Part shown: one piece after another, positions 9,402 through 19,558 of the stretch
Position numbering within the stretch: position 1 is the first letter of the stretch
Layout: the number at the start of each line of letters is the position of its first letter
Origin: a virus
IMG/VR virus record: IMGVR_UViG_3300035703_000049
Location: 1-64,000 of that record
Direction: 5' to 3' (one strand)
Length of the DNA: 64,000 nucleotides
Translations under genes and position numbers: made by a program
Notes under the pieces: model-generated
Told to the model about the DNA's origin: nothing
The model's database searches: none
What the model saw: the letters and a program-made list of their open reading frames with translations, nothing else

Positions 9402-10525
9402 ATTTCTAAATGACTATCAGAAAATGATTGTTTCCTATATTCATCACTTTTTAAAATTCGTTCTTTAAAAATAGATAACATATTTTTCCCTGGAAGTTCC
9501 ATAAATTTAATAACAGAGTTAATTTTATTTTTATTTTGGCATTGCTTCATACGTTCACTGTAAATATATTTTACATTGTCTGGTAAGTTACGCAAGTTAA
9601 ACATTGGTGGTTCATGCAAGATATTATAATGTATATCAGTTATACCTTGCTCGAGAATCCAAGCTTCTGTTTCAGGCCAATAGTAAGAATTTTGAATATT
9701 AAATGTAGTACAAACTTGTAACTTATAAGAACTATCGATTGCTTTACGTATCACTTCTTGTGTTTCATTCCATCTAGCACCGTACCTTTGATATTCAAAA
9801 CGTTTACCAGTATCATCAATACTAAAAGCTATTTCAACTTTTTTGAAGTGTTTCCAAAGATTATTTCGTACCGGCCATATTGTTCCATTAGTATTATAAT
9901 GTATATCAATTTTAGAAGAATACCCTTTTTCAACTAATTTTTCTAATAAATCAAAATGTTCATTAATTAAAAATGGTTCGCCCCCTGTAAATTCTAAATA
10001 TTCAATATGTGGCAACGCATCTTCAAGTGCTTCCCACCAACTAGGTATCTTACGAGGCCATTGACCTTGCTTTAGTTGCTGTAATGCAAGTTCATTATTT
10101 CCATTAGCAATATCAATTTCTTCTTGAGCCCACTTACTACTACTCCAACTACCACATATACGACATTTTAAATTACAAATGTTTCCAAGTTTTAGATCTA
10201 GAAAAATGGGAGTTACATCTGTTTCCTTATATCTAATTTTTACATCTTTTAGTTTAACAAATGTAGCTTTACGTTTGCTCATTCTTCCAATAATTGATTC
10301 TTCTTGCCAACACATGTTACATCCTTTTGGTTTTTCACCTGCTAGAAATTGTTGACGCAAGTTCCTCATATAATCGCTATGTTGTGCATCATGAATAGAA
10401 TGTCCGTTATGAACACTAATTCCAGGTATACTTTCATTATATAAGCAACATGGGCGATAAGTTCCCATTGGTGTAACTTCCATACTTACCCATGGCAGCA
10501 TACAAATAGTTTTAGGCGTATCCAC
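9383..10525 (-). CDS. Radical SAM enzyme with N-terminal SPASM/twitch-like domain
   Basis: CNLKCRIC, FTGGEP, YNTNG; N-terminal CMLPW..CC..CNMC. Confidence 0.9.
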   Translation of the reverse strand: MDTPKTICMLPWVSMEVTPMGTYRPCCLYNESIPGISVHNGHSIHDAQHSDYMRNLRQQFLAGEKPKGCNMCWQEESIIGRMSKRKATFVKLKDVKIRYKETDVTPIFLDLKLGNICNLKCRICGSWSSSKWAQEEIDIANGNNELALQQLKQGQWPRKIPSWWEALEDALPHIEYLEFTGGEPFLINEHFDLLEKLVEKGYSSKIDIHYNTNGTIWPVRNNLWKHFKKVEIAFSIDDTGKRFEYQRYGARWNETQEVIRKAIDSSYKLQVCTTFNIQNSYYWPETEAWILEQGITDIHYNILHEPPMFNLRNLPDNVKYIYSERMKQCQNKNKINSVIKFMELPGKNMLSIFKERILKSDEYRKQSFSDSHLEIWNLII

Positions 10526-11822
10526 GCAAATCTCCGTATTCTAGAAATACATCCTCAAACTTTTCCTTACGAAGAGAATCTAATTGATCTGTAATTAAGA
10601 AAAATTGTTTGAGAGTATTGCTGTTATCATTACTGTTTATAAAATTAATTAATCCTTGATACCCGCTAGTTGCCCGTGTTAAGTGATCTTTATCTTTTAA
10701 CCATTCTAGTGTGCTTTGTATTTTAGAGATAGCAATATCTTTATACTTCTTTGGTAGTATATCTGATCTATAATACAATGGACTATGTAGAATGTTTATA
10801 TTAAAATCTTGTGCTTTGATAAACCCGCGTTCTGTCCAATCTCTATGAAAATCCGTAATGTGTAACAAATTAAAAACATTAACAGTTGCACTTATATAGA
10901 AATCTACGTTAGGACAAATTTGCAACATCTCTTTACGGTTATCCTCAATGTCTGTCCATATTGTACCTTTACGCATATATTCAGCACGCGAACCCATCGC
11001 ATCTAAACTAGCACCAACACTAACGCTGTCAAATTTTTTCCACCACTCTAATACGTTTTGTTTTTTAAACTTAAGTTCACTGAAGTTAGTATTGTATATC
11101 AAACGAACATTTGTACGATTGTTTTCCACTAACCACTTAAGCAGCTTGTAATGCTCTTCCATAATAAGAGGCTCGCCGCCAGCAAAATAAATTTGTTCAA
11201 TGTATGGAAGATGTGGTTGCATTTGTTCCCAAATGTCATCTTTATTTTTACCAGCATGTAAAAACTTGTTATGTCCTATTTTTTCAACACCGTATAATGC
11301 GGCTTTGTCTTCCCACCAATTGCTGCTAAAATTAGGTCCGCAATAACGACATTTAAAGTTACATATGTTGCTAAAGCGAACGTCCCAATACCTTATCTTA
11401 AATTTTGGATTAGTGCCATCTTCTGTTGTTGCACTTACATCTTTAATATGATGACCAAAGTGTTTGTTACTGCTGTTACGCATACTAAACAATCCAACTT
11501 TTTCATCATCATAGCAGCGTTTGCATTCAGCACAAGGTTTATCTTGTAACATATTGCGTCTTACAGTTTTATACTGCTCGTTATTCCAAACAGTTTCCAT
11601 TGAATCTTTTTGAAGATTACCAACTGGTATATTTGACATACAACATAAAAAAGCTTCGCCTGTTGGCCAACCATGCATATGCAACCAAGGCAACATACAA
11701 AAATGTTTGCTTTCAATTAAGTTGTATTTTTCTTCTTCGCTTAAATCATCTAATGAGATATTGATAGGAATACGAGAACCATAGTTATAAGTTTCGTAGT
11801 ACTTTTTTATTTCATCACTCAT
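10512..11822 (-). CDS. Radical SAM enzyme with N-terminal SPASM/twitch-like domain
   Basis: CNFKCRYC, FAGGEP, YNTN; CMLPW..CC..CKRC; likely start MSDEI at 11822. Confidence 0.9.
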   Translation of the reverse strand: MSDEIKKYYETYNYGSRIPINISLDDLSEEEKYNLIESKHFCMLPWLHMHGWPTGEAFLCCMSNIPVGNLQKDSMETVWNNEQYKTVRRNMLQDKPCAECKRCYDDEKVGLFSMRNSSNKHFGHHIKDVSATTEDGTNPKFKIRYWDVRFSNICNFKCRYCGPNFSSNWWEDKAALYGVEKIGHNKFLHAGKNKDDIWEQMQPHLPYIEQIYFAGGEPLIMEEHYKLLKWLVENNRTNVRLIYNTNFSELKFKKQNVLEWWKKFDSVSVGASLDAMGSRAEYMRKGTIWTDIEDNRKEMLQICPNVDFYISATVNVFNLLHITDFHRDWTERGFIKAQDFNINILHSPLYYRSDILPKKYKDIAISKIQSTLEWLKDKDHLTRATSGYQGLINFINSNDNSNTLKQFFLITDQLDSLRKEKFEDVFLEYGDLRGYA

Positions 11823-13141
11823 ATATCTAACCATTCTGCAATTTCTGGACAAGATGCTTTGACATCTTTCGTGCGACGACTATCATATTGCCTTAAAAAG
11901 TTTTTTAAATCTATTTTTAATTTATCAGTTGGGCTTGCACCATCATGTGCTACTGTTACTGTTCTTAGATAGTTAGCTAGTCTCGCTACGTGGTCTTTTT
12001 CCATATTGTGTAGCAATTCATGACCATTTTCATCTAGCCAACGCTCTAGAGAACGAGCAGCTTGATATCGCATACCTTCTGGTAATACTGTTACGCTTTG
12101 AAAACTTGGGAAACGTAATATGTTTAACGTAAAAGTTAAACTATCACGTCCATATAGTTGCTTAAAATACAAACACCAATCTAAGAAATTAGTAATTTCC
12201 ATAATACTTAATACACTTGGTGTGCCCATAACATGTAACCCACGTAGCTTTGCTTCTTTAACTAATCGATGCATATTGTTGGTCCACTGTTCCCAATCCA
12301 TGCCGTCACGTATATATTCAGCTCTATGTGCTATTGCTTCTGCACTTGTATAAATGTCTAACGCTTCAACATCATGACTTAATTGTATTAGTTTATCGAT
12401 AAGTTCTGTCTTTGCACATAAGTTAGTATTGATTGCTAACCGCGTCTTGCTCTTTCCTTTATTTGCTTTATACCAATCAACAAGTCGCCATGTCTCTGAG
12501 GACATAAGCGGTTCTCCCCCGGTAATTCGTAATTCGTCGAGGGTTGCATGGAGGTTTGATTCCCACCATTTGAAGAATGCTTCGACATACGGATTTGTCT
12601 CTCCAATCTTATATAACTGGCTACCGTTATGATTATGAGTGAAATGGTTCCTACCATCGGTAACCAAGTCTGTATATGGTCCATTGTTGTTTATATCCTT
12701 TGCCCATGTTGTTGAAAATGCTGGATTACAATAGCTACACGCAAAGTTGCAAGTGCGGTCAAAGCTGATCTCAAGCGTTTTAAGATTAACGTCCTGCTCG
12801 TACGGCATTTGACTAGCATATAGTAAATCTGTCTGGTTATAAATTTTACTTTTATATACGCGATCGCTTATTGTTCCAGCATCCTCTAGTTTCCAACAAT
12901 ACTCACAACCTGATGGGCGTTTGCCTAGTTGCATTTGTTGGCGCTGTTGTTTCTTTTCGATTGTGTTATGTATAGCACTTGGATTGTTTTTAATTGTATC
13001 CAAATTAATCTTATGAGCTGGCGGATGATGACAGCTTGTAGTCATTCCACTACCTAACCAAATAGTAGCGTTGTACCACTTAGCTGCACAAAAACTTGGA
13101 CTTATTTCATCTAATATCTTTTTAGTCTCTTCATTATCCAT
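11819..13141 (-). CDS. Radical SAM enzyme, CxAKW/SCHH N-terminal subtype
   Basis: CNFACSYC, TGGEP, INTN; CAAKW..SCHHP..CEYC; start revised to 13141 (MDNEE). Confidence 0.9.
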   Translation of the reverse strand: MDNEETKKILDEISPSFCAAKWYNATIWLGSGMTTSCHHPPAHKINLDTIKNNPSAIHNTIEKKQQRQQMQLGKRPSGCEYCWKLEDAGTISDRVYKSKIYNQTDLLYASQMPYEQDVNLKTLEISFDRTCNFACSYCNPAFSTTWAKDINNNGPYTDLVTDGRNHFTHNHNGSQLYKIGETNPYVEAFFKWWESNLHATLDELRITGGEPLMSSETWRLVDWYKANKGKSKTRLAINTNLCAKTELIDKLIQLSHDVEALDIYTSAEAIAHRAEYIRDGMDWEQWTNNMHRLVKEAKLRGLHVMGTPSVLSIMEITNFLDWCLYFKQLYGRDSLTFTLNILRFPSFQSVTVLPEGMRYQAARSLERWLDENGHELLHNMEKDHVARLANYLRTVTVAHDGASPTDKLKIDLKNFLRQYDSRRTKDVKASCPEIAEWLDI

Positions 13142-13553
13142 GTAATATTGCCATATCTCTTGATAGTATAAACAATGGTTTTTGAATTTTAAATTTAAAT
13201 ACACCCTTAAACGCCATAAATCCACCAGTACCGGTTATGATTTGATTGTCATTTGTAGTGTATGTACCAAGTTCATCTATTTCAGGCCAAAAATCAAAAC
13301 CTCTATGGTCTATACGTTTAATTATCACTGCTAAATCTTCAATAATTTGTCCGTTTACAACTTTAGTATCATTTCGTTCTTTATTTAGAAATTCAATATC
13401 AAAACAACGATTTTGTAACGTAAGTATAAATGGGATGACAGTTCGTTCTTTTAAATCAATTGTTTGACTTTGATCTGATGTTGTAATTTTAATTAATGGA
13501 CATTTATTAGGCAAACAAATTGGTTCTAAAGTAATTTCAATTTTTTCACCCAT
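13134..13553 (-). CDS. Small beta-rich hypothetical protein, paralogue of 60028-60495
   Basis: DTKVVNGQIIEDLAVIIKRI resembles ETIVDSNGKIIRDRSFEIEKI. Confidence 0.65.
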   Translation of the reverse strand: MGEKIEITLEPICLPNKCPLIKITTSDQSQTIDLKERTVIPFILTLQNRCFDIEFLNKERNDTKVVNGQIIEDLAVIIKRIDHRGFDFWPEIDELGTYTTNDNQIITGTGGFMAFKGVFKFKIQKPLFILSRDMAILHG

Positions 13554-15006
13554 GTATGCCTCCTTGATTGTTTATCATCTTCATGTGTCCATCGACCATA
13601 TTTTCAAAATCACTAATGAAATCTAATTCCTTGCACAGCTCAACTAATCGCTTAAAGCGTTCAGCTCTTACATTGAAAGTGTTTTCGGGATACTTGTTAC
13701 TTACCCAATTATAAGTTTGGTATCCGTTAACTATATGCTGTTCTATTTCTAATTCCTCAAGCATCTTAGGACTAGTTGATGGCGTGCCATCAAGTAACTG
13801 AAATACCCCAGTTGGAATAATTTGAAGCATTTGATCTTTAGCTAAATGTTTATATTTCTTTATGAGATTAAGAGTGTCCTCATAATCTTGTTCTGTCTCA
13901 GTTGGATACCCTACAAACATAAACCAACTTTGTTTAATATTATTATTAAACAATTGATACGTACAATAATCAATATCAGCATTACTAAACTTTTTACCCA
14001 TGTGATCTCGTACTGATTCGCTACCGCTTTCAATTCCTATCTGCACACGATAAGCGCCACCTTTTGCCATTAATTTGAAATCATTTTTAGGCATTTGATT
14101 TTGAGGACGACAAATAAGTTGTCCTCTGTATTTTATAGTATATGGAATTTCTTCTGCTAGTTTTGTGTTCATAGCACGTAATTCTTTAGTATTGCCATTA
14201 ATCAAACTATCAGTAAATCTAAAATATTTAAAGTTATAGTTCTTATAATAATGTATCAATTCTTCTGCAACTCTTGTACCATTTCTATAACGAAATTTTG
14301 GCCAGTGTTTTCCTATATCACAAAACGTACATTTACGTACACATCCTTTACTAGCTGTAATTGGTATAGCAAAGTATTCATCATCAAGATCATGCATATA
14401 AGAACTAAGATTATAATCACTAAAGTCAGGTAGTGGGACTACATCTAGTTCGTTATTTGTTAACTGTGGTATTTGTACAACACCTGTTAAATTGTTTTTA
14501 ATTACATCAACAATTGCTTTTTCGCCTTCACCAAGAACAACCACATCTGCAATACCAGAATCAAGCATAAGTTGATACCAATTGCTTTGCCATTGTGATT
14601 GATATACATTTGTTCCTTGACCACCTAGTACAATTTTCTTAGCAGGGTTTTCTTGCTTAATAAAATACGCTAAATCCTCTGCTGCACGCTGACTATCTTT
14701 AGTAAACACGCTAATACCAATATAAGGAATATTTGTTTGTGCTATTACTTTTGCATGTTGATGCATCCAATCTTTATAGTTTTCCCATTCAGTAATATTT
14801 GGTTTTGATATAGGATGTTGCATCCAAGCAATAATTGAATCCGTACTTATCTTAGAGTTAATGAAATCAATATTTAAATCCAATGCTTTAGCGTTAATGC
14901 CGTGTTGCGCTAAACACGCTTTTAATAAAGGCGCGGCCATTGGAGGATTAGTATTAAACATGTATGGAACATGAACTAAAAGTATATCGTGTATTAAGTT
15001 AGGCAT
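13546..15006 (-). CDS. Cobalamin-binding (class B) radical SAM enzyme, putative methyltransferase
   Basis: B12-binding-type N-terminus (PPMA..LKACL, IGISVF, IVLGG, GEGE); SKGCVRKCTFC; GIESGS; VGYPTET. Confidence 0.9.
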   Translation of the reverse strand: MPNLIHDILLVHVPYMFNTNPPMAAPLLKACLAQHGINAKALDLNIDFINSKISTDSIIAWMQHPISKPNITEWENYKDWMHQHAKVIAQTNIPYIGISVFTKDSQRAAEDLAYFIKQENPAKKIVLGGQGTNVYQSQWQSNWYQLMLDSGIADVVVLGEGEKAIVDVIKNNLTGVVQIPQLTNNELDVVPLPDFSDYNLSSYMHDLDDEYFAIPITASKGCVRKCTFCDIGKHWPKFRYRNGTRVAEELIHYYKNYNFKYFRFTDSLINGNTKELRAMNTKLAEEIPYTIKYRGQLICRPQNQMPKNDFKLMAKGGAYRVQIGIESGSESVRDHMGKKFSNADIDYCTYQLFNNNIKQSWFMFVGYPTETEQDYEDTLNLIKKYKHLAKDQMLQIIPTGVFQLLDGTPSTSPKMLEELEIEQHIVNGYQTYNWVSNKYPENTFNVRAERFKRLVELCKELDFISDFENMVDGHMKMINNQGGIHG

Positions 15007-16357
15007 TTTCTGTCCAATATTTACAATCATCCCAAAACATTTTCATTTCTGGAAACGTATTAAGAAAATTTAAACGGTGTCTTTTATCATGCTCGCTAAA
15101 AAATCTATAAAAGTCCGCTTTTAGCTTTTTATCATCATTGTGCTGTTTCATCATAGCTATAACACGATTCATACGTTGAACTTCATAGTCCTTAAATCCT
15201 TCTAGTTCCTTCATTGGAGTAGCCTGCATCCAGTCTCGGACTTGTTCAAGCTTCCACGCATATGCTTCTGGAAGTATTTGTAAGCTTTGCCAACTTGGAC
15301 TACGCAACAAAGGCGTGTCAAACCACACACGTTGATAACTGAAACTGTGCTTGATACGTAACTGCAATATCCACTCAAGCAATTCTTGTATACCAGGTAC
15401 CACTAAATTATTCATTGTAATGATAAATGTAAGACTATTACGACCTGGTATTTCAGTTAGAAAACGTTCAACATTATTTTGCAACTTCTTAAACTGCAAT
15501 CCAGGTCTAATATACTCCGCTTGATCTCCCCAAGTATCAACACTTACATACTGCATAAAATGCTCTACGTTCTCACCATCACAAATCTTTTTTACATAAT
15601 CAAGATAATGATTAAATAATCCATCATCGACACTAAAGTTTGATGTTACATTTAGGTGTAGATCTGGTTTAGGATTTTCCAATACATAATTAAAAACACG
15701 GTAAGTATTTTTATCAAGTATAGGTTCACCACCAGTCATACGGAAATGTTTTAGTTTCGGATACAAGTCTGGCCACCAACGCCAAAATGCTTCTACATAA
15801 GGGTTAAACTCCCTATTAGGTATTACACGTCTACGACCTTGGAAATGTTCGGGAGCATTATGAGGTACGGAAGTTGGATATGCCCCATACCGTTCTGCCT
15901 GTGCGGCCCATGTGGTGCTAAATTGCGGACTGCAATAACTACAAGCAAGATTACACGCATTACTAAAATTGACTTCAACGTAGTTTGGAATCTCATCTAC
16001 GGTAAACGGTTGATTACGAATTCTATCAAGATGGATAGCAGCCCAAGGCTCGCCGCTACGATAATGCCGGTCACTAAGGTTACCAGTCCGCTCGATATTC
16101 CAACAATAATTACATTCGTCACACTTAATTCCATTAAGCATTTCCTTTCTACGTTCTTTTTTATAAGGCGTGTTGTGCAAAGCACTAGGGTTAGAATCTA
16201 ATAAACTTGCATCAATTTCATGCAGTGGTGGGTGATAACAACTGTTGGTTAATCCGTTAGTTAGATGAAGACTAACTTGTTGCCACTTAGCAAGACACAA
16301 TGCATCACCAAGTTCTGCTTTCATCTTTTCTGCATCATTTAAAAAATCACTGCCCAT
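14999..16357 (-). CDS. Radical SAM enzyme, CxAKW/SCYH N-terminal subtype
   Basis: CNLACSYC, TGGEP, VTSN; CLAKW..SCYHP..CNYC. Confidence 0.9.
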   Translation of the reverse strand: MGSDFLNDAEKMKAELGDALCLAKWQQVSLHLTNGLTNSCYHPPLHEIDASLLDSNPSALHNTPYKKERRKEMLNGIKCDECNYCWNIERTGNLSDRHYRSGEPWAAIHLDRIRNQPFTVDEIPNYVEVNFSNACNLACSYCSPQFSTTWAAQAERYGAYPTSVPHNAPEHFQGRRRVIPNREFNPYVEAFWRWWPDLYPKLKHFRMTGGEPILDKNTYRVFNYVLENPKPDLHLNVTSNFSVDDGLFNHYLDYVKKICDGENVEHFMQYVSVDTWGDQAEYIRPGLQFKKLQNNVERFLTEIPGRNSLTFIITMNNLVVPGIQELLEWILQLRIKHSFSYQRVWFDTPLLRSPSWQSLQILPEAYAWKLEQVRDWMQATPMKELEGFKDYEVQRMNRVIAMMKQHNDDKKLKADFYRFFSEHDKRHRLNFLNTFPEMKMFWDDCKYWTENA

Positions 16358-17258
16358 CTAATATCATTATACCTTTGTTTTTATGCGGGGTTGCATACTT
16401 TTTAAAAAAACTACTAAAATTTGAATCATCATAGATGATATCTAAACCAAGCTTTATACTAAGTTGATCACCAAAAAATTCAAAATCTCTAGCTTCAACA
16501 TATTCATGGTGTATTAAATGATCGTTAAAAACTTTCTTTAATTCATCAAAATCATGTACTAACTTGTGATCCCAATTATCAAACATAGTCAAGTGTGTTC
16601 CCATGCGAGCACCTAACATTGCCCAATCTCCGTATTCAACATCACTTCCAATGTTATGCCATATGCTTAAATTACGCATGTTGCCAAGACTTACTCTTGT
16701 TTGGAAATCCATTAAGCTTGGTTTAACTCCTCGATCTAAGCACATCTTAACACCTTCACGAAAACCAGCACGCCATGCATGATAAGGAGATTGATTTGGA
16801 TATGTTTTGCTCCACACATCATTCATTGCTATATACCCATCGTTCCAACAAAATTCAACTGCTGTATGATCTTCACCCAAGCTTGCTTCATGGGTACGCA
16901 TATTGTTTATGAACGTTTTAGTCCAACAACTTAAACCGCCATTGCCGTATGTAAGTCCATTTATAATATTGTAAGCTTTCCAACGGAAAACATAATTTTT
17001 ATTAGTTTCATTTAATATTAATTGCTGATCAAAAAATTTTGGTTCAGGAAAGTTATCCCCATCAACTAAAACAAAACGTTCAGTATCGCTTGCTGCGGCT
17101 GCTGCTTTATGCGCTGCATCGCTGCCCTTGACTCCATCTACACGTTTAGCCCACGGAACCATAGCAGATATTTTAGCCCAAAATTCTTCTTTTCGAGGTT
17201 CATCATATGACAAATAAATGCAGTCTAAATCTGCAATATCAACTATCTCTTCTTTCAT
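16347..17258 (-). CDS. Glycosyltransferase-like protein (GT-A fold)
   Basis: IYLSYDE, RVDGVKG..AHKAAA, VLVDGDN DxD motif, WRAGFREGVKM. Confidence 0.65.
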   Translation of the reverse strand: MKEEIVDIADLDCIYLSYDEPRKEEFWAKISAMVPWAKRVDGVKGSDAAHKAAAAASDTERFVLVDGDNFPEPKFFDQQLILNETNKNYVFRWKAYNIINGLTYGNGGLSCWTKTFINNMRTHEASLGEDHTAVEFCWNDGYIAMNDVWSKTYPNQSPYHAWRAGFREGVKMCLDRGVKPSLMDFQTRVSLGNMRNLSIWHNIGSDVEYGDWAMLGARMGTHLTMFDNWDHKLVHDFDELKKVFNDHLIHHEYVEARDFEFFGDQLSIKLGLDIIYDDSNFSSFFKKYATPHKNKGIMILDGQ

Positions 17259-17580
17259 CCCATCCTCGTTCATTACCTATAATAAGCATATTACCTTTTG
17301 TAGTGTACCAAGTTGTACCTTCAACTAATGGTAACTTTTTTAAACGTATTCTTGGTATTTCTTCTAATTTTCCGTTAACAACTTTTAATTTTTTATGTTG
17401 TATATTTTGATTATATTGTTCTCTAGTTATTTCTATCCAAGGTTTATCAGTATCTTCAAATGTCCAACCATCAACTATATTGGTATCAGGATCATACGTT
17501 AATTTTATAACTATTGGTTTTGATACAGGCGCTTTATATTCAGCTAGAGCTTGTAACAAATTTTTGGTAGTTTCGTTCAT
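17239..17580 (-). CDS. Hypothetical protein
   Basis: Likely start MNETT at 17580; overlaps both neighbours in the operon. Confidence 0.6.
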   Translation of the reverse strand: MNETTKNLLQALAEYKAPVSKPIVIKLTYDPDTNIVDGWTFEDTDKPWIEITREQYNQNIQHKKLKVVNGKLEEIPRIRLKKLPLVEGTTWYTTKGNMLIIGNERGWDERRDS

Positions 17581-18394
17581 ATTCTCTAATGACATCATCT
17601 GTAATCCAATCTTTATGATGATAATGTAAAGGTAATCTTTGTTTGTAATGACCAATTAAAGGAACATGTTCATCCCATTCTGTAAAAAGTTGTTCATACC
17701 AAAGTTGCTGTTCGCTAAAACCCCATAAACCTTCTTTGCCGTGTACAAAAGTTGGAATTGATATTGGTAACGTTACATTTTGCATACCATAAATTCTTGC
17801 TGCTATTGCAAATACTTCATCAATTCTAACTCTCATATCTTCATTTTTAATTAAAAATTCTTTAGCAAACCAATTCCATTCGTTAATAATAAGTCTTATA
17901 ACGAAGAAAAATTCGCTTGCTAATTCACTATATCTAAAATACATAAACCCCGCATAAACATCAGGTAAATTGTTTACATCAAATAGTTTTCTGTGTTTTC
18001 TACTTGTAATTATGTTTTCTCTAAAATCCTTAACTTCAGTAGTTAAACAAACGTCGCGCAATCGCATTGCATTCCACCAATGATCTATTGAATGAGTTAA
18101 TAAAATATCAGCTTCAATTAATACTGTTTCTCGCCATGGTGTCAATGCAAATGCTCTGTAATATTGTGTCATATCCCAATCTTGTGGAGTATAATCTACT
18201 ACAATGACTTTATCAAAAACTTTTAAAAATTGAGGATTATTGTCTGCTGATACTTTATCTACAATTACAGCACAGTTATTAATTTTTTGAGTAAATTTAA
18301 TACTCATTGCTTGAACATACGCAAGTCTCAAATACTTTTCACCTAGTGCGAATGTTAAGTAACCTTGATCTTTTTGAAATTCACGCTGTGGCAT
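17540..18394 (-). CDS. GT8-like nucleotide-diphospho-sugar transferase
   Basis: GYLTFA..YLRLAYVQAMSIK, LTPWRETVLIEAD, YAGFMYF, DEVFAIA. Confidence 0.65.
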   Translation of the reverse strand: MPQREFQKDQGYLTFALGEKYLRLAYVQAMSIKFTQKINNCAVIVDKVSADNNPQFLKVFDKVIVVDYTPQDWDMTQYYRAFALTPWRETVLIEADILLTHSIDHWWNAMRLRDVCLTTEVKDFRENIITSRKHRKLFDVNNLPDVYAGFMYFRYSELASEFFFVIRLIINEWNWFAKEFLIKNEDMRVRIDEVFAIAARIYGMQNVTLPISIPTFVHGKEGLWGFSEQQLWYEQLFTEWDEHVPLIGHYKQRLPLHYHHKDWITDDVIREYERNYQKFVTSSS

Positions 18395-19217
18395 TATTCA
18401 ACCTTAATTGATTCATTAAGTTTGTGTCAATCGCGTAGTTTTTATTCATTATATGTAAATCATAGTTCCATAACACTGTTTCATTATCAATAGTTAAAGC
18501 CCAATGATTGGAATTATCTAATCGTGTAACGTGACCATTAACGGGTAAATTCCAAAGACCCATATTATCGTAAGTTGGAACGTTATGTAAATGACAAGCA
18601 ATACTAAAAGCTAAATCGTTTCTATATACATGTTGTGGCATGCCACACATTAACGCATAAAAAGGATAATTATCTCTCACCATTTTAGCAGTATCAAAAA
18701 TAACTTTTGACTCCATGCTATGATCATAACAAATAGCCGTTGCCCAGCGTTGTATTATATCATTGCTAGGTAAATAATCATCTAATTCCATACCAGCAGA
18801 GTTTAAGTTATATGATTTATTAAAGATACAAAAATGCGAATCAATCTTTAACCATTCCTCTAATTGATTTGAAACAATCATATAATCAGCATCTAACAAT
18901 AAAACTCTATCTGCCCACCCATAAGTATATTGAAAAACATCGATTCTTAAATCATTTTTCCATTCGTATTGAATTAAGTCGTTCCCGGCTCTTACATGTC
19001 TTTGAGAAATTTTTGTTGGTTCAGCAAATAAAATTTTAGAAAAAATTGGATATTTTTCTGCTGCAAAAATATCGTTAGTTAGTATAAATGTATCTAATCC
19101 CAAATAATACTTTACTCGTTCTGCTGCTATACTAGCTAAAGCTATATAATCTATTTCTTTACCATCAACTGTTATAGAATTATTGGCTGCGATTACACAA
19201 ATTTTACTCAAGGACAT
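18381..19217 (-). CDS. GT8-like nucleotide-diphospho-sugar transferase (paralogue of 17540-18394)
   Basis: VLLLDADY DxD motif, WATAI, RNDLAFSIA, HIMNK. Confidence 0.65.
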   Translation of the reverse strand: MSLSKICVIAANNSITVDGKEIDYIALASIAAERVKYYLGLDTFILTNDIFAAEKYPIFSKILFAEPTKISQRHVRAGNDLIQYEWKNDLRIDVFQYTYGWADRVLLLDADYMIVSNQLEEWLKIDSHFCIFNKSYNLNSAGMELDDYLPSNDIIQRWATAICYDHSMESKVIFDTAKMVRDNYPFYALMCGMPQHVYRNDLAFSIACHLHNVPTYDNMGLWNLPVNGHVTRLDNSNHWALTIDNETVLWNYDLHIMNKNYAIDTNLMNQLRLNNATA

Positions 19218-19524
19218 GTCTAATTGTCCTTACTTTAGCTAATTGATTGTATTCAATTAACCAATCATTTAGAACTTCTTGGTATCGAGCTTTTGATATA
19301 TCTAACAACTCTTTGGTATTCACTTTTCTTGGAATTTTATTACTATCAAGTAGAATAATCTCATCTTGATTTTGAAATGAATAAAGCAAACAAATTAATT
19401 CTGTATTACAAACCCAAAGCCCATTGGAGTAAGAAACAACTAGTCTGCTTAATTGTTTTTCTTCTAACATTTTTTGAGTCAAAGTTCTATTATAAGAAGT
19501 TTTAGCTAATTCTTGAATATCCAT
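19204..19524 (-). CDS. Hypothetical protein, first gene of the GT/radical SAM operon
   Basis: 106-aa ORF directly downstream of a sigma70-like promoter. Confidence 0.7.
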   Translation of the reverse strand: MDIQELAKTSYNRTLTQKMLEEKQLSRLVVSYSNGLWVCNTELICLLYSFQNQDEIILLDSNKIPRKVNTKELLDISKARYQEVLNDWLIEYNQLAKVRTIRHVLE

Positions 19525-19530
19525 TCAACT

Positions 19531-19558
19531 ATTATAATAGATTTAGTAAAATAATCAA
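19531..19558 (-). promoter_or_regulatory. Sigma70-like promoter giving a leaderless transcript
   Basis: TTGATT-N16-TATAAT-N6-ATG(19524); no Shine-Dalgarno. Confidence 0.65.

Noticed and set aside
7532-16357. RiPP (ranthipeptide/sactipeptide) cluster
   Set aside because: No credible precursor peptide, RRE domain, peptidase or exporter; the neighbours are sugar enzymes
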